A stretch of 64,000 bases of DNA from a virus. Each line of letters starts with the position of its first letter. Position 1 is the first letter of the stretch. The notes under the pieces were generated by a model. That model had not been told where the DNA came from. It worked only from the letters and a program-made list of their open reading frames with translations, and did no database searches. The translations under genes were made by a program, and so were the position numbers. Positions 46,452 to 56,215 of this stretch are shown here, piece after piece. The DNA is taken from IMG/VR virus record IMGVR_UViG_3300027747_004417. One strand, written 5' to 3'.

Positions 46452-47180
46452 ATGAAGGGAATTATTCTCGCGGGAGGCACCGGATCAAGGCTTCACCCCT
46501 TGACTAAGGTCACAAACAAATGCCTTCTTCCCCTTTATGATAGGCCAATGATATATTGGCCTATTAACACCTTAGTGTCGAGCAACATAAGAGATATTCT
46601 CTTAGTTTGTGGTGGGAATGCCGCCGGAGAGTTTTTAAGAATATTAGGCAATGGCGAAGACTTTGGGCTTAAGCATCTTCACTATACTTATCAAAGGGAG
46701 CCAAGAGGCATCGCAGACGCACTTGCACTTGCTGAAGAGTGGGCTAACGAAGAGCCAGTGACTGTAATATTAGCCGACAATATCTTTGAAAAAGACATTT
46801 CAAGCGTAGTAAGCGAGTTTAGCGAAAACCCTGAAGGGGCTAGAATTTTTGTATACCCTGTAGACGATCCACAATCTTACGGGGTGGTAGAAATCAAGAA
46901 CAACATAATAGTTAGCATAGAAGAAAAGCCTAAAGCTCCTAAGTCTAATTTCATAGCTACCGGACTGTATATGTATGATAAAGAAGTCTGGAGCCTTCTT
47001 AGAAAACTAAAGCCTTCTCAACGAAATGAGCTGGAAATAACGGATCTAAACAACTTATACCTAAAAGATAAAAAACTTAAAGCACACAAGGTATCAGGTT
47101 GGTGGTCCGATGCTGGTGAAAGCATAGAAGGTTATAATGATTGCTGTTGCAAGATACGAGAGATCAATCTAAAAAACTAG
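46452..47180 (+). CDS. rfbA: Glucose-1-phosphate thymidylyltransferase
   Basis: GIILAGGTGSRLHPLT, NKCLLP.YD.PMI, QREPRGIADA, EEKP, ELEITD, W.DAG. Confidence 0.92.
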   Translation: MKGIILAGGTGSRLHPLTKVTNKCLLPLYDRPMIYWPINTLVSSNIRDILLVCGGNAAGEFLRILGNGEDFGLKHLHYTYQREPRGIADALALAEEWANEEPVTVILADNIFEKDISSVVSEFSENPEGARIFVYPVDDPQSYGVVEIKNNIIVSIEEKPKAPKSNFIATGLYMYDKEVWSLLRKLKPSQRNELEITDLNNLYLKDKKLKAHKVSGWWSDAGESIEGYNDCCCKIREINLKN

Positions 47181-47770
47181 CTTTTTGGCCCACGCTTCAG
47201 CGGAACAGGCTTTAGCTTCTCTGTGTGGTTGTTGGGTTTATCTTTTAATGAATTCATCATGTTATGAAGATCTTTCGATATCTCTGCGGCATTGTCTGAT
47301 GAGCATTTGTCTGATTTTTGAATATTCACAGTTCTTTTGCTTTTGTTGTAAAAGCCTCTGCTTACGACAAAGCATTCATGGTCGGGATTCCAAGATACCA
47401 ATCCAACCCACTCCCCATCATCCCAGTTTCTAGAAGACACTAAAAGCCTTAAAGGTTTTTCTGTAAATACATGTTTGGTATGATAACCATGCTTCTTTAG
47501 GGCTGCACTTACGTAACCCAAGCAGATTTTTGCGAATCCTTCTAATGCTTCTTCTTTTTTAGTTCTATAGTTTACTTCTATCGAATACCTAGATAACTCG
47601 ACTGACTCTACAATAGGCTTGATTAAATAATCAGAATAGCTGACCAAAGAGTCAGATAGTGTGTAATCAAAGTAACTCTTACACACCTCAACAAAGTCTT
47701 CCTTTGTTGTGAGCACTTTTTTTAGATTTTGACTTTTCTTCCAATCATCATATTTTTTCATATTTCTCAC
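47177..47770 (-). CDS. Hypothetical protein
   Basis: MKKYDDWKK near N-terminus; overlaps the neck gene stop. Confidence 0.7.
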   Translation of the reverse strand: MRNMKKYDDWKKSQNLKKVLTTKEDFVEVCKSYFDYTLSDSLVSYSDYLIKPIVESVELSRYSIEVNYRTKKEEALEGFAKICLGYVSAALKKHGYHTKHVFTEKPLRLLVSSRNWDDGEWVGLVSWNPDHECFVVSRGFYNKSKRTVNIQKSDKCSSDNAAEISKDLHNMMNSLKDKPNNHTEKLKPVPLKRGPKS

Positions 47771-48636
47771 ATCATTTTTGGGCCTATAACATCGCCATAT
47801 CTATATATTAGATCTTCTTGCCACTGCTTTTTTTCTTCTATCCCTTCTTGCAGTATTTGCTGTCCATCTAACTGAACGCCACCATTAGGGCCTGGAGGGT
47901 TCTGAATTTTGCTTCTTATTCTTCCTAGTATTATTTTAGCAAATGCAAGAGCACCTTCTTGCATCGCTTGAGTAACCATGCTGAAATCTGGTCTTCTTTG
48001 AAGGTATCTAACAGCAACGGGATAGGTTCTATAGGGCACAGGATATAATTTAATTGTATTGTATCCTGCTAGCCATTCCCATCCGCCTTGTTGACCTGAT
48101 ATTCTATTATACATGTCTTCGTATTGCTTGTAGATCACCCATTCGGACATTTTGCCCCAAACAGGCTGTTGCGGATTTATGCCTCCGGCAATTGATCCAT
48201 AGGCCCCTGCACCCATGTATTCTAGAGGTATGACGCCTCCCAAGTCGCTTGAACTAAATGCATAATTTGCTGTTTCTTTATAAGAAACTTGCCTGATAAA
48301 GCCGACATCAGGAGGCAAGTTATAAACACTCTGCCCTGGTGTTGTATAAAACGTGTAATATTGGAAGTATTCAGCCGGTGCGTAATCCTCGAATATTTGA
48401 AGTGCAAAATCTATAGCATTTTCTAGCTGCTGGTTGTCAAGCTCTAGCGGTAAAACTGGTGCCCCTAGCATGGTTAGAACATATTCTTTTATTTGTTCCC
48501 TAACTCTCTGTCTTTGTCTTCTGGGTCCTATTTTGCTTAATGAATCTGTTGGTCCCAAATTGCTACAATTTTGGCCGCACAGCTGGGAGTATTCGTCTCT
48601 AGTGGGCCTAGGAACATATAGTATATTATTTGCCAT
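47767..48636 (-). CDS. T4 gp13-like neck protein
   Basis: IKEYVLTMLGAPVLPLELDNQQLENAIDFALQIF and GGVQLDGQQILQEG resemble T4 gp13; start at MANN (48636). Confidence 0.82.
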   Translation of the reverse strand: MANNILYVPRPTRDEYSQLCGQNCSNLGPTDSLSKIGPRRQRQRVREQIKEYVLTMLGAPVLPLELDNQQLENAIDFALQIFEDYAPAEYFQYYTFYTTPGQSVYNLPPDVGFIRQVSYKETANYAFSSSDLGGVIPLEYMGAGAYGSIAGGINPQQPVWGKMSEWVIYKQYEDMYNRISGQQGGWEWLAGYNTIKLYPVPYRTYPVAVRYLQRRPDFSMVTQAMQEGALAFAKIILGRIRSKIQNPPGPNGGVQLDGQQILQEGIEEKKQWQEDLIYRYGDVIGPKMM

Positions 48637-48678
48637 GATACTATATATAGGTAATTGAAAACGAATTAGGGGGAACTT

Positions 48679-51666
48679 ATGTCTTTGATTTCTTTTGGTA
48701 CTTTTAGAGAGATGGCTGCTCCGAGCATTACTGCTCTTAGACGTGGTACAAAATCCATTCCTCTTGAACTTAACTACGGAGATCGCCCTCGCCGTCCTCA
48801 CATGCCAGACGACAGATTAGATAGAGAGTTTTTAAGTCAGTTTGAGCTCAAGGAATACACAGGAGCCTGGACAGAAAGACTTAAGTACTTCATGACAGAG
48901 ATAAACCCTAAATTGCAATCTATTCTAGAAGACGAAATAAACAAGCTTGGTGTTAGAGAATCTCTAGCCATGTATCTAAGCACAGGAAGAGAATCAAAAG
49001 GGTTAGCTCCTATCCCACCCAAGGTTAAAGAACATGTTAAAGAAAACTACGGAGAAATAGAAGGACAGGGTATAAATGTTCCTGTACCAAGTACCGACGA
49101 TGTTGAGGGACTTAGAAAAAAGATATATGACGCCTTAAGTGATTTAAAGCACAAGTCCTCTTCCGACACAATGCCTTTAGGACTAAGTCCAGAAGACGTT
49201 CAAAACATACATAGCGTTTTAGGCGAATTAGATAAGAAAGAATACGACCGCACTGCCGTGGTGAAGAAGCTTCAAGAAATATACAAGAAACTCTACCGTA
49301 TTGTTTTCCTAGAAGAACATGCTCATAGCATACTTTATGAAATAGTCAAAGAAAACGTAGACAGCAGAGAGTTTTGGAAGAAGCACGGATTAGACCCAGA
49401 GACTATCACAGTCCCAATCCCAGTTTCTGGTTCTAAGGGAGAAGGCAGAACAGGCGATAAGGCACGCCGCACTTTTAAACCTTATTTCTTTGAATTGTAC
49501 CACAAACTTGAAAGAGAACCAGGAAAGGAACATATTCCTGAGCTAAAGGGCAAAATCGGGCCAGGCTTGGGATATGATCTTAAGTCTCCAAAATCGGAGC
49601 TTGAGGACGATGGCACTCCAAGGTTCACTACTCATGGATCTAACTTTGCTTTAAGATACAATAAAACAGACGATTTCTTTGTAAGATGGATACAAGATAA
49701 TTCCTACGGTCTTCATGGTCCAATCTCTAGAGAGTTGTCTTCGCCTGATTCTGACGTAGTTTTCATGAGCTCCACTCGCTCCTCTAGCGGTAAGAAGCTA
49801 TTCGAAGATCCTCTTTATGATTGGTTGTTTGACGACTTGGTTTCTAAAATAAAAATACATCTTAAGAAAGAAAAAACAGACTCAGGAGAGCAAATAAGAC
49901 AATCAGATTGCTACAAAAAAGACAAAAAAGGTAATTCTGTAATGTTGAGTCCGGATGCTTGTGCCAAAAGAATTGCAGAAAAAATTCTTAAAAAGTTTAT
50001 CAAGCAAGGAGGTTTAGTTGCTCCAGCGTTTCCTTGTGAAGGTAATAAAAAACATGGCATTCCTTGCCCTACTGTTGAGGACAGAACTTATAAGGTTGAT
50101 TCTAAAGGCGAAATAATAACACCGCCTTTGTACATTCCTCATGAAGTTGTAGTAGACCCAAAAACTAACCGAAAGAAATTTGTTCCACTCCTTAGGCCTC
50201 ACTTTCCTTTAAAGCCAATAGATCCTCAAAAGTTTGCAAAAGACTATGAGGCATCTATCGAGCGTATATCAAGTAACTTTGAAGATGGAACCTTTAAACA
50301 CTCTCTAGAGCTCCAAGGCTTGGATGACACAGATGCAACTGACGATGATGATAAAGATCATGATATTGTTAAGAGCATGTTGGATGACGATGGCAAATTA
50401 AGACTAAACATCCCAGCGACAATGCCCTTTGACATAGAAGGCTCAGATGCTGGAAATAGAGGGGGAGATACATCTATTCCTGGAATGAGACTCGGACAGG
50501 TTTATAATCTGGCCGGAGCTAGGTCTTCTATATTTCCTGAAAACCCTCGCGGAAGAGAGGTAGTAACTAAGTATCTACAAAGAGCAGGAACTGGGGCGTA
50601 TAGCAATATGGTCCCTGCTTTTGCACATGGAATAAACGCTTGCACAGGCAGCGGAAAGTGTGGTGGTGCCAACAAGAACCTAAAAATGTGCCTGCGAGCA
50701 GCATTCCCTGTTGTGCATGAAATAATTTATAGAAGTGCTTTAGCTTCTCTCGCCGATATAAAGGCTAGCGGAGAAGCTGACGAACTGCTTTCACAAGAAA
50801 GCGGCAAGGTAGAAGATCGAAATATGGCAGGGTTTGCATTCAATATAGTTTCTACTATAGCACAACACCCAGAAAAATATTACATTGACTTAGACGACGC
50901 TAAAGAAGTTTTGCAAAGAAGAGGTATAACAATAAAGGACAACTTTAAAGGATATACTAGAAGAAGTGGATATAAAGGCAATGTAGCAGACGTAGAAGAC
51001 GGCCCAGGAGGAGATATAGATTCTGATGTTGGCTATATTTCTTCTGGAGAAGATGATCTTCCAAAGCAGAGAGGTGCTAGATCGAAAAAAGCCGGTATTT
51101 CATCCCAAGAAGTTTTTCTTCATACTAATGCGACTAGGGCTGAAATTGAGCAAATTTTGAACATGGCATTGTCAGCCCAGAGAGCGGCTGAAGGTGGTTC
51201 TAATATTCCAAGAGACCTTAGTAGCCTCTCCTCAGAAGAGTTGGGCGGTATTATAAAAGACATATTTGTAAAAACTTATGAAGACAAGGATAAGTTCTTA
51301 AAAGATGTTGAGACTTATCTTAGAAGTAAAGCTGTACCATCAGATGAAGTAATAAGTTTAATGTCAAACTGGCGTGATTCATCTATAGAAGAAATAGTAG
51401 ATGCATTAAGAAAGATGTACGACGCACCAAAGGCGGTAAAGAAACCTGCTGCTGCACCATCTTTTGCCAGGCCTAAAGCCCCTGTCACATCTCCTGGTCT
51501 TTTGAGCAGGGTTCGTGCGGCTAGAAAAGAAGATCAACCCGCTCAGGTGCCCCAATCCGTTCCTCCAACCGGAACGCAGCCAGAAACTACGGTCGATTGG
51601 CACTTTTTAAAACAACTTCCTTTAAGTGAACGGGCAAACTACTTGAGAGAAAAACTTAGTCGCTAG
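48679..51666 (+). CDS. Large hypothetical protein (995 aa), possible internal/ejected protein
   Basis: MSLISFGTFREMA; no catalytic motif recognised. Confidence 0.75.
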   Translation: MSLISFGTFREMAAPSITALRRGTKSIPLELNYGDRPRRPHMPDDRLDREFLSQFELKEYTGAWTERLKYFMTEINPKLQSILEDEINKLGVRESLAMYLSTGRESKGLAPIPPKVKEHVKENYGEIEGQGINVPVPSTDDVEGLRKKIYDALSDLKHKSSSDTMPLGLSPEDVQNIHSVLGELDKKEYDRTAVVKKLQEIYKKLYRIVFLEEHAHSILYEIVKENVDSREFWKKHGLDPETITVPIPVSGSKGEGRTGDKARRTFKPYFFELYHKLEREPGKEHIPELKGKIGPGLGYDLKSPKSELEDDGTPRFTTHGSNFALRYNKTDDFFVRWIQDNSYGLHGPISRELSSPDSDVVFMSSTRSSSGKKLFEDPLYDWLFDDLVSKIKIHLKKEKTDSGEQIRQSDCYKKDKKGNSVMLSPDACAKRIAEKILKKFIKQGGLVAPAFPCEGNKKHGIPCPTVEDRTYKVDSKGEIITPPLYIPHEVVVDPKTNRKKFVPLLRPHFPLKPIDPQKFAKDYEASIERISSNFEDGTFKHSLELQGLDDTDATDDDDKDHDIVKSMLDDDGKLRLNIPATMPFDIEGSDAGNRGGDTSIPGMRLGQVYNLAGARSSIFPENPRGREVVTKYLQRAGTGAYSNMVPAFAHGINACTGSGKCGGANKNLKMCLRAAFPVVHEIIYRSALASLADIKASGEADELLSQESGKVEDRNMAGFAFNIVSTIAQHPEKYYIDLDDAKEVLQRRGITIKDNFKGYTRRSGYKGNVADVEDGPGGDIDSDVGYISSGEDDLPKQRGARSKKAGISSQEVFLHTNATRAEIEQILNMALSAQRAAEGGSNIPRDLSSLSSEELGGIIKDIFVKTYEDKDKFLKDVETYLRSKAVPSDEVISLMSNWRDSSIEEIVDALRKMYDAPKAVKKPAAAPSFARPKAPVTSPGLLSRVRAARKEDQPAQVPQSVPPTGTQPETTVDWHFLKQLPLSERANYLREKLSR

Positions 51667-51865
51667 ATTTTAAGCTAATGCTTGTAATTTCTATACCACG
51701 CATTTCTTTGCTAGGCACTCCATAGGGCCAATTGGCGTTTTCTTCCCACCAATTTCTCACTTGGATTTTTAGCCTATTAAAAAGCTCCGTGTCTGTTGGA
51801 GGTTTGTTGCCTCCATTCATTTCGCCCTCTACTAGAAGGGTAATTTCCATCTTAAAATTACTCAT
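51656..51865 (-). CDS. Hypothetical protein
   Basis: ORF track; overlaps neighbours. Confidence 0.55.
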   Translation of the reverse strand: MSNFKMEITLLVEGEMNGGNKPPTDTELFNRLKIQVRNWWEENANWPYGVPSKEMRGIEITSISLKSSD

Positions 51866-52277
51866 TTTTTTGTACCATAGCTTTTGCCTGCTCTGATAAC
51901 TTGGCCATGGTCTCAGGATCTAAAAATTTTATTTCTTGGTTATTTGATATATCGACCGGAATCACACCAGACTTCTTTTCTGGTTTTGATTTTATCTCTT
52001 CCATGATTTTTTCGTATCTTGGATCGCTTTCTTCTATAACTTGTTCTTGAAATATCGCTACAACATAGTTCCATGAGTAAAAGTTTATGCATCCTGTTAA
52101 AGGATGTTTTGAGAATATTCCATCTTCGTCAATGCTGTCTATTACTCCAACAAAAAAGTCTGGAAATTGAACGTCTGTAAAGTTTTGCTTACACACAGAG
52201 GTCGTCAATACTGTGCAAACCTTACCTACAAAGAGTTGAAGTTTTTTGATGTTTTGTGCTTTCATTTTTATCTCCAT
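51858..52277 (-). CDS. Hypothetical protein
   Basis: ORF track; downstream of primase. Confidence 0.7.
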   Translation of the reverse strand: MEIKMKAQNIKKLQLFVGKVCTVLTTSVCKQNFTDVQFPDFFVGVIDSIDEDGIFSKHPLTGCINFYSWNYVVAIFQEQVIEESDPRYEKIMEEIKSKPEKKSGVIPVDISNNQEIKFLDPETMAKLSEQAKAMVQKNE

Positions 52278-53332
52278 ATGTCGCTAAAACCAAATACGTC
52301 GCAAGTTGTTCCGTTGGGTCCTGAGTAATCTATTTTTCTTTGATTCTTTATTATGTAATGGTGTAAAAGTTCTGGACTATTCTTGACCAAAAACTCATTC
52401 CAGTCATTATAGCTATTTGGTGGAGTTACAAACATGAGTTTGTCTCCTGTTCCACTCTTTACGGTTTCCATGGATGAAATTATGGAGCTCATTTTCATTG
52501 TGCCTGCTTTTCCTGCTTTGTCTCTATCTAAACACAAAACCACTTTATAGTCAGACAACATGATGGCTTGTTTTCTGCTCATGTTCTTTCCACCACAAGC
52601 TGCACCATTTAGTTCTGCAAGAAGCAAGCTTTTTGCATTAAACTCGCCTTCACAAACATAGACTGTTTCTCCCGGATTAGGCCACCGGCCAGCCATATAT
52701 ATTACATCTTCTTTGCCAACCCCAACCTCTTTTGGTGGGCCTAGGTACTTGCACTTAGATTCTCCTAACGCTCGACCATTCCAATAAATCAAGTTGCCAT
52801 TTTTGTCGTAATACGGTATTAAAATCCTATTTTTATATCTGTCTCCTGTGCAAATGTATAGCCCATCAATTGGTATTTTTCTGTTCTCTAAATATGATTC
52901 TGCTCTTTGTCTCCACCAATTGTTTGTTCCTAGATCGCTTATTAAGTGGCACTCTGGTGGCAAGCTAAGATTTACTGCTTTAGCTTCCTGCTTTTCACCC
53001 TCGTCAGAATTTTGAAATATTTCTTCTAGCTTTTTTTCAAGCTCCCTAATTGGTGTTCTTCCGTTAATTATATCGACAGCGTCTTCTTTGTCGCAGTTGT
53101 CTACTATCTGTACAAGTTTTACCAAGCTCCCTTTTTTATCCGTCTTGAAGCAATGAAATACACCATATTTATATTTCTTTTTTCCGCCACCTGGATTACA
53201 CCAAAGATGAAAACCAGTGTCGTCTGATTCAAAAATGGAGTTTACTCGTACCTCTTTTCCTTTAATGAGGACATTATCTTCTCCAAATCTTGAGATGGCC
53301 CAACGCTCAAATTTTTTAAAGTCTACAGCCAT
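52268..53332 (-). CDS. dnaG: DNA primase (gp61/DnaG-like, TOPRIM)
   Basis: YLENRKI, RILIPYYD, YWNGR, KYLGP, VCEGEFNA, LCLDRDKAG, DWNE. Confidence 0.9.
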   Translation of the reverse strand: MAVDFKKFERWAISRFGEDNVLIKGKEVRVNSIFESDDTGFHLWCNPGGGKKKYKYGVFHCFKTDKKGSLVKLVQIVDNCDKEDAVDIINGRTPIRELEKKLEEIFQNSDEGEKQEAKAVNLSLPPECHLISDLGTNNWWRQRAESYLENRKIPIDGLYICTGDRYKNRILIPYYDKNGNLIYWNGRALGESKCKYLGPPKEVGVGKEDVIYMAGRWPNPGETVYVCEGEFNAKSLLLAELNGAACGGKNMSRKQAIMLSDYKVVLCLDRDKAGKAGTMKMSSIISSMETVKSGTGDKLMFVTPPNSYNDWNEFLVKNSPELLHHYIIKNQRKIDYSGPNGTTCDVFGFSDIWR

Positions 53333-53402
53333 GGTTCTTGAATGTGGGCTAAATTTGTTCTAGAATATAATAGCAAACAATCTAACCCAAGGCAACAACA
53401 CT

Positions 53403-54179
53403 ATGGTAGACGACCGTTTGATTTGTGAACATATTTCTGTTTCTAGAAAGCAGACCTGGAGTGACTGCCAAGCAAAATATAGATTCAAATACCATTTAAA
53501 GGTTCCTTCCGAGGAGCCAATACAGCCCTATTTCATTTATGGAAAACTAGTTCATAAAATAGCTGAAGTCTACGTGCAAGAAAAGGGAAAAAAGAACATA
53601 GAGGAAATAGCCAGGCAGTGTTTAAACGGTGAAATTGAAGTTGAGCCTGGGTGCAAAGAAATAATTGTTGAAAAAGAATACCTTAAAAAGCTACCGTCTC
53701 ATTTGAGGAACATCCAATCTTTAAATGATCGTATTGGATATGACGGCAAATTAGAATATTTTTTTCATTTTGATTTAGACCCTCCTAACAACCACTTTTT
53801 AACTGGTGTGATTGATAGACTGATAATTAGAGGAGATAAGTTCTTTATAATCGACTATAAGACTACAAAGAAAGGAAGATGGCGTAAGAATCAGAATACA
53901 ATAAGGAAAGATTTGCAGCTAAGGTGCTATGCAAAGGTTGCTCAAGTAGAATTTGGAGCTAAGGCGGAGAATATACGAGCAGCTCTCTATTATCTAGACG
54001 GCCCAGACTTAGTTGCAACAAAATTCACACAAGAGTCTTTAGATTCTGCCCAACAAGAGTTGCATGAAACTTTCAAAGAAATAGTATCAACAGACCCTAA
54101 TGATGTCTACGGCAGAGTTGGCGACCAATGCCGTAGATGCGAATATAGGAAAATCTGTCCGTTTTATAGCTTAACTTAG
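53403..54179 (+). CDS. PD-(D/E)xK Cas4/RecB-like exonuclease with Fe-S cysteines
   Basis: DCQAKY, GKLVH, GVIDRL, IDYKT, QL.CY, CRRCEYRKIC. Confidence 0.88.
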   Translation: MVDDRLICEHISVSRKQTWSDCQAKYRFKYHLKVPSEEPIQPYFIYGKLVHKIAEVYVQEKGKKNIEEIARQCLNGEIEVEPGCKEIIVEKEYLKKLPSHLRNIQSLNDRIGYDGKLEYFFHFDLDPPNNHFLTGVIDRLIIRGDKFFIIDYKTTKKGRWRKNQNTIRKDLQLRCYAKVAQVEFGAKAENIRAALYYLDGPDLVATKFTQESLDSAQQELHETFKEIVSTDPNDVYGRVGDQCRRCEYRKICPFYSLT

Positions 54180-55048
54180 GGTGCAAGAATGTAGTCTTGC
54201 GTAACTTCCTCTTTAGAGTTTTTGTTTACTATGGGTAGAGCTCTTGCTTTGAATCCCAAATGCTTAGACAGTAAAAACTTATAGCCGTTTTGCTTGCCCC
54301 AGAAGCTATGTATTTCTTTTATTGGGGTAAAGTATCCTGTTCCACTTCCATCTACAAACTGGGTTCCCCAACAAGTTCCTATGTAAGAGTTTTCATCAAA
54401 TAGTCCTCCGCCTGACCTCCCTGGTCTCGGACTGTTTTTAATTGTTACAACGTCCTCATTAATATCAGTTAGTTTTACTTCGTAGTGTGCGACTTCTTTT
54501 CCGCCATCGCACCCACATGAATGAGCCGTAGAGCCAATTTTATATTTGTAGTCTGCTGGGGCTAAAGGAATGTACTTTGGATGCCAATCAGGCGAGAAAG
54601 TTACCAGAGAGGTATCTGTTTCATTTGTATAAGAATAGAATATCAGCTCAGCGTCAAATGACTCGGGTTTTTGTAGTTTTACTTCGTTTTTGTACCAAAC
54701 AATTACCTTGCATTTTATTTTTTTATCTTTTGCTTGTTCTGCTGATAATATTCCACTTTTCCACAAGTGCCCACAAGATGCTACATAGGCTTTGTTGTTC
54801 TCTTTGTCATAATAGATTATTGAGCCGGAACCAGCTCCTTCTGAAACTTGTATCTTTACAGAGGCTGATAAGAACTTTCTAAACTCTATCCCTCTTTGTT
54901 CTATTGGTGTGTTTGTTCCATACATTCCTTTTGGCAACGCCTCTAGCACCGGCATGTTGTCTAAAGAATGCCTCATAAAAGGCTCTTTCGCATAGGAATG
55001 CGTGTTTAGTATAAACAATAACAAAAGTATGGCTTTTATTGCTTTCAT
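54176..55048 (-). CDS. Secreted trypsin-like serine peptidase
   Basis: Signal peptide; SCGHLW, DTSL, PGRSGGGLF. Confidence 0.82.
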   Translation of the reverse strand: MKAIKAILLLLFILNTHSYAKEPFMRHSLDNMPVLEALPKGMYGTNTPIEQRGIEFRKFLSASVKIQVSEGAGSGSIIYYDKENNKAYVASCGHLWKSGILSAEQAKDKKIKCKVIVWYKNEVKLQKPESFDAELIFYSYTNETDTSLVTFSPDWHPKYIPLAPADYKYKIGSTAHSCGCDGGKEVAHYEVKLTDINEDVVTIKNSPRPGRSGGGLFDENSYIGTCWGTQFVDGSGTGYFTPIKEIHSFWGKQNGYKFLLSKHLGFKARALPIVNKNSKEEVTQDYILAP

Positions 55049-55101
55049 TGATAAATCCTTTCTTTTCTTTATAATGTATATATTGACTTGAGGGACAACT
55101 C

Positions 55102-55521
55102 ATGAACACAAGGGATCCAAGGCTTCTTTTAACAATCTCCCACTACATTTATCTAACGAGGGAGCAAAGATATCAAGCCTTTGAGGGCCAAACTTTAGAG
55201 GTTATAGGAGTGAATGTCCCCGTCTGGTTTAAGGGTGGAAGCACAAGCGAACCAGCCAAAGAAGTATTTTGTAAGTACATTATATCTAAAGAATTAGACA
55301 CTTTTGGTCTTTCTACGTTTGAAGAAGGCTATAAAATCAATCTTGGAAACATTCAAAAAGGGGTTGATGTTGGAAAACTTTTGGACTTTAAAGATAAAGG
55401 AGCCCAAGAACTGACTGCTAAAGGGTACGGAAATGTCAACATAGGTGGAAAGCTTTTTAATGCCTTTCACTGCTTAGAAATTAAGCCAATAGAGCTATTG
55501 ATGGATACTCTAGTCAACTAA
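55102..55521 (+). CDS. Hypothetical protein
   Basis: GAGGG SD. Confidence 0.7.
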   Translation: MNTRDPRLLLTISHYIYLTREQRYQAFEGQTLEVIGVNVPVWFKGGSTSEPAKEVFCKYIISKELDTFGLSTFEEGYKINLGNIQKGVDVGKLLDFKDKGAQELTAKGYGNVNIGGKLFNAFHCLEIKPIELLMDTLVN

Positions 55522-56015
55522 GAGAGTGAAAGTGCCATTCTAAGGTTCACAGAATCTCCACTCGTTAAAGTAACGCTTTGAGATAATGCTGCCGAGGACA
55601 CAAGCACTCCAGAAGATCCTGCTGAGGTTGCTAAGAAGATATTGCTCACAGGTCCCCATGATCCCCCAGATGCAGAAAATGTCATTATTGAACTTGAAGC
55701 TCTATACGAACCGTTTACAAGTTCAACATTAAAACCAGTTAAAGAGGACCTAGCCTGTCTGCTGTATCCATTTGTTGTAGGTTCATCTAATAAGTCCGCT
55801 AGTTCGTCGCTATTAGATATTGCTGCTCTATTGTCTAGGCCAAAGTAGTATTCGTCTGGTGGATATGATCCATTGTTGTTGAAACAACATTTTAAAAGGA
55901 ATTCCTCTCCTTTTAAATGAATTTGGTTATAAATGTTTTCTTGTTTCCATATAACCCTAGATCCTCTTATGTGTTCGACGCTTAGCAGTTTTAGTATCCC
56001 ATTCCAGTTCTTCAT
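55518..56015 (-). CDS. Probable tail/baseplate-associated structural protein
   Basis: EPTTNGYSRQA, TFSASGGSWGPV..IFL, LTSGDSV. Confidence 0.65.
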   Translation of the reverse strand: MKNWNGILKLLSVEHIRGSRVIWKQENIYNQIHLKGEEFLLKCCFNNNGSYPPDEYYFGLDNRAAISNSDELADLLDEPTTNGYSRQARSSLTGFNVELVNGSYRASSSIMTFSASGGSWGPVSNIFLATSAGSSGVLVSSAALSQSVTLTSGDSVNLRMALSLS

Positions 56016-56215
56016 TGGCCCCTCTCTGAATCTATTCTTAAGGCCTTTCTTTCTTCGCTTTTTGCGGATCTTTTTTCTCTTCTATTTTCTATAGACTCAA
56101 TTTTAGTTATAGCTAAGTTTATATAACGTTTTACCTCAAAAAGAGCAAAGTCATTAGGTACTTTCTTTAGGGCCTTCTTGAGAGCTTCCTTTAGTTCTTC
56201 TGTGTTGTCTTTCAT
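56012..56215 (-). CDS. Hypothetical protein
   Basis: ATGA overlaps on both sides. Confidence 0.65.
   Translation of the reverse strand: MKDNTEELKEALKKALKKVPNDFALFEVKRYINLAITKIESIENRREKRSAKSEERKALRIDSERGQ

Noticed and set aside
47767-48801. 344-aa version of the neck gene overlapping the 995-aa gene
   Set aside because: The first 55 codons are antisense to 48679+ and lack gp13 similarity; real start is 48636.
53403-54179. CRISPR-Cas locus around the Cas4-like gene
   Set aside because: No cas1, cas2, effector genes or repeat-spacer array in the window.
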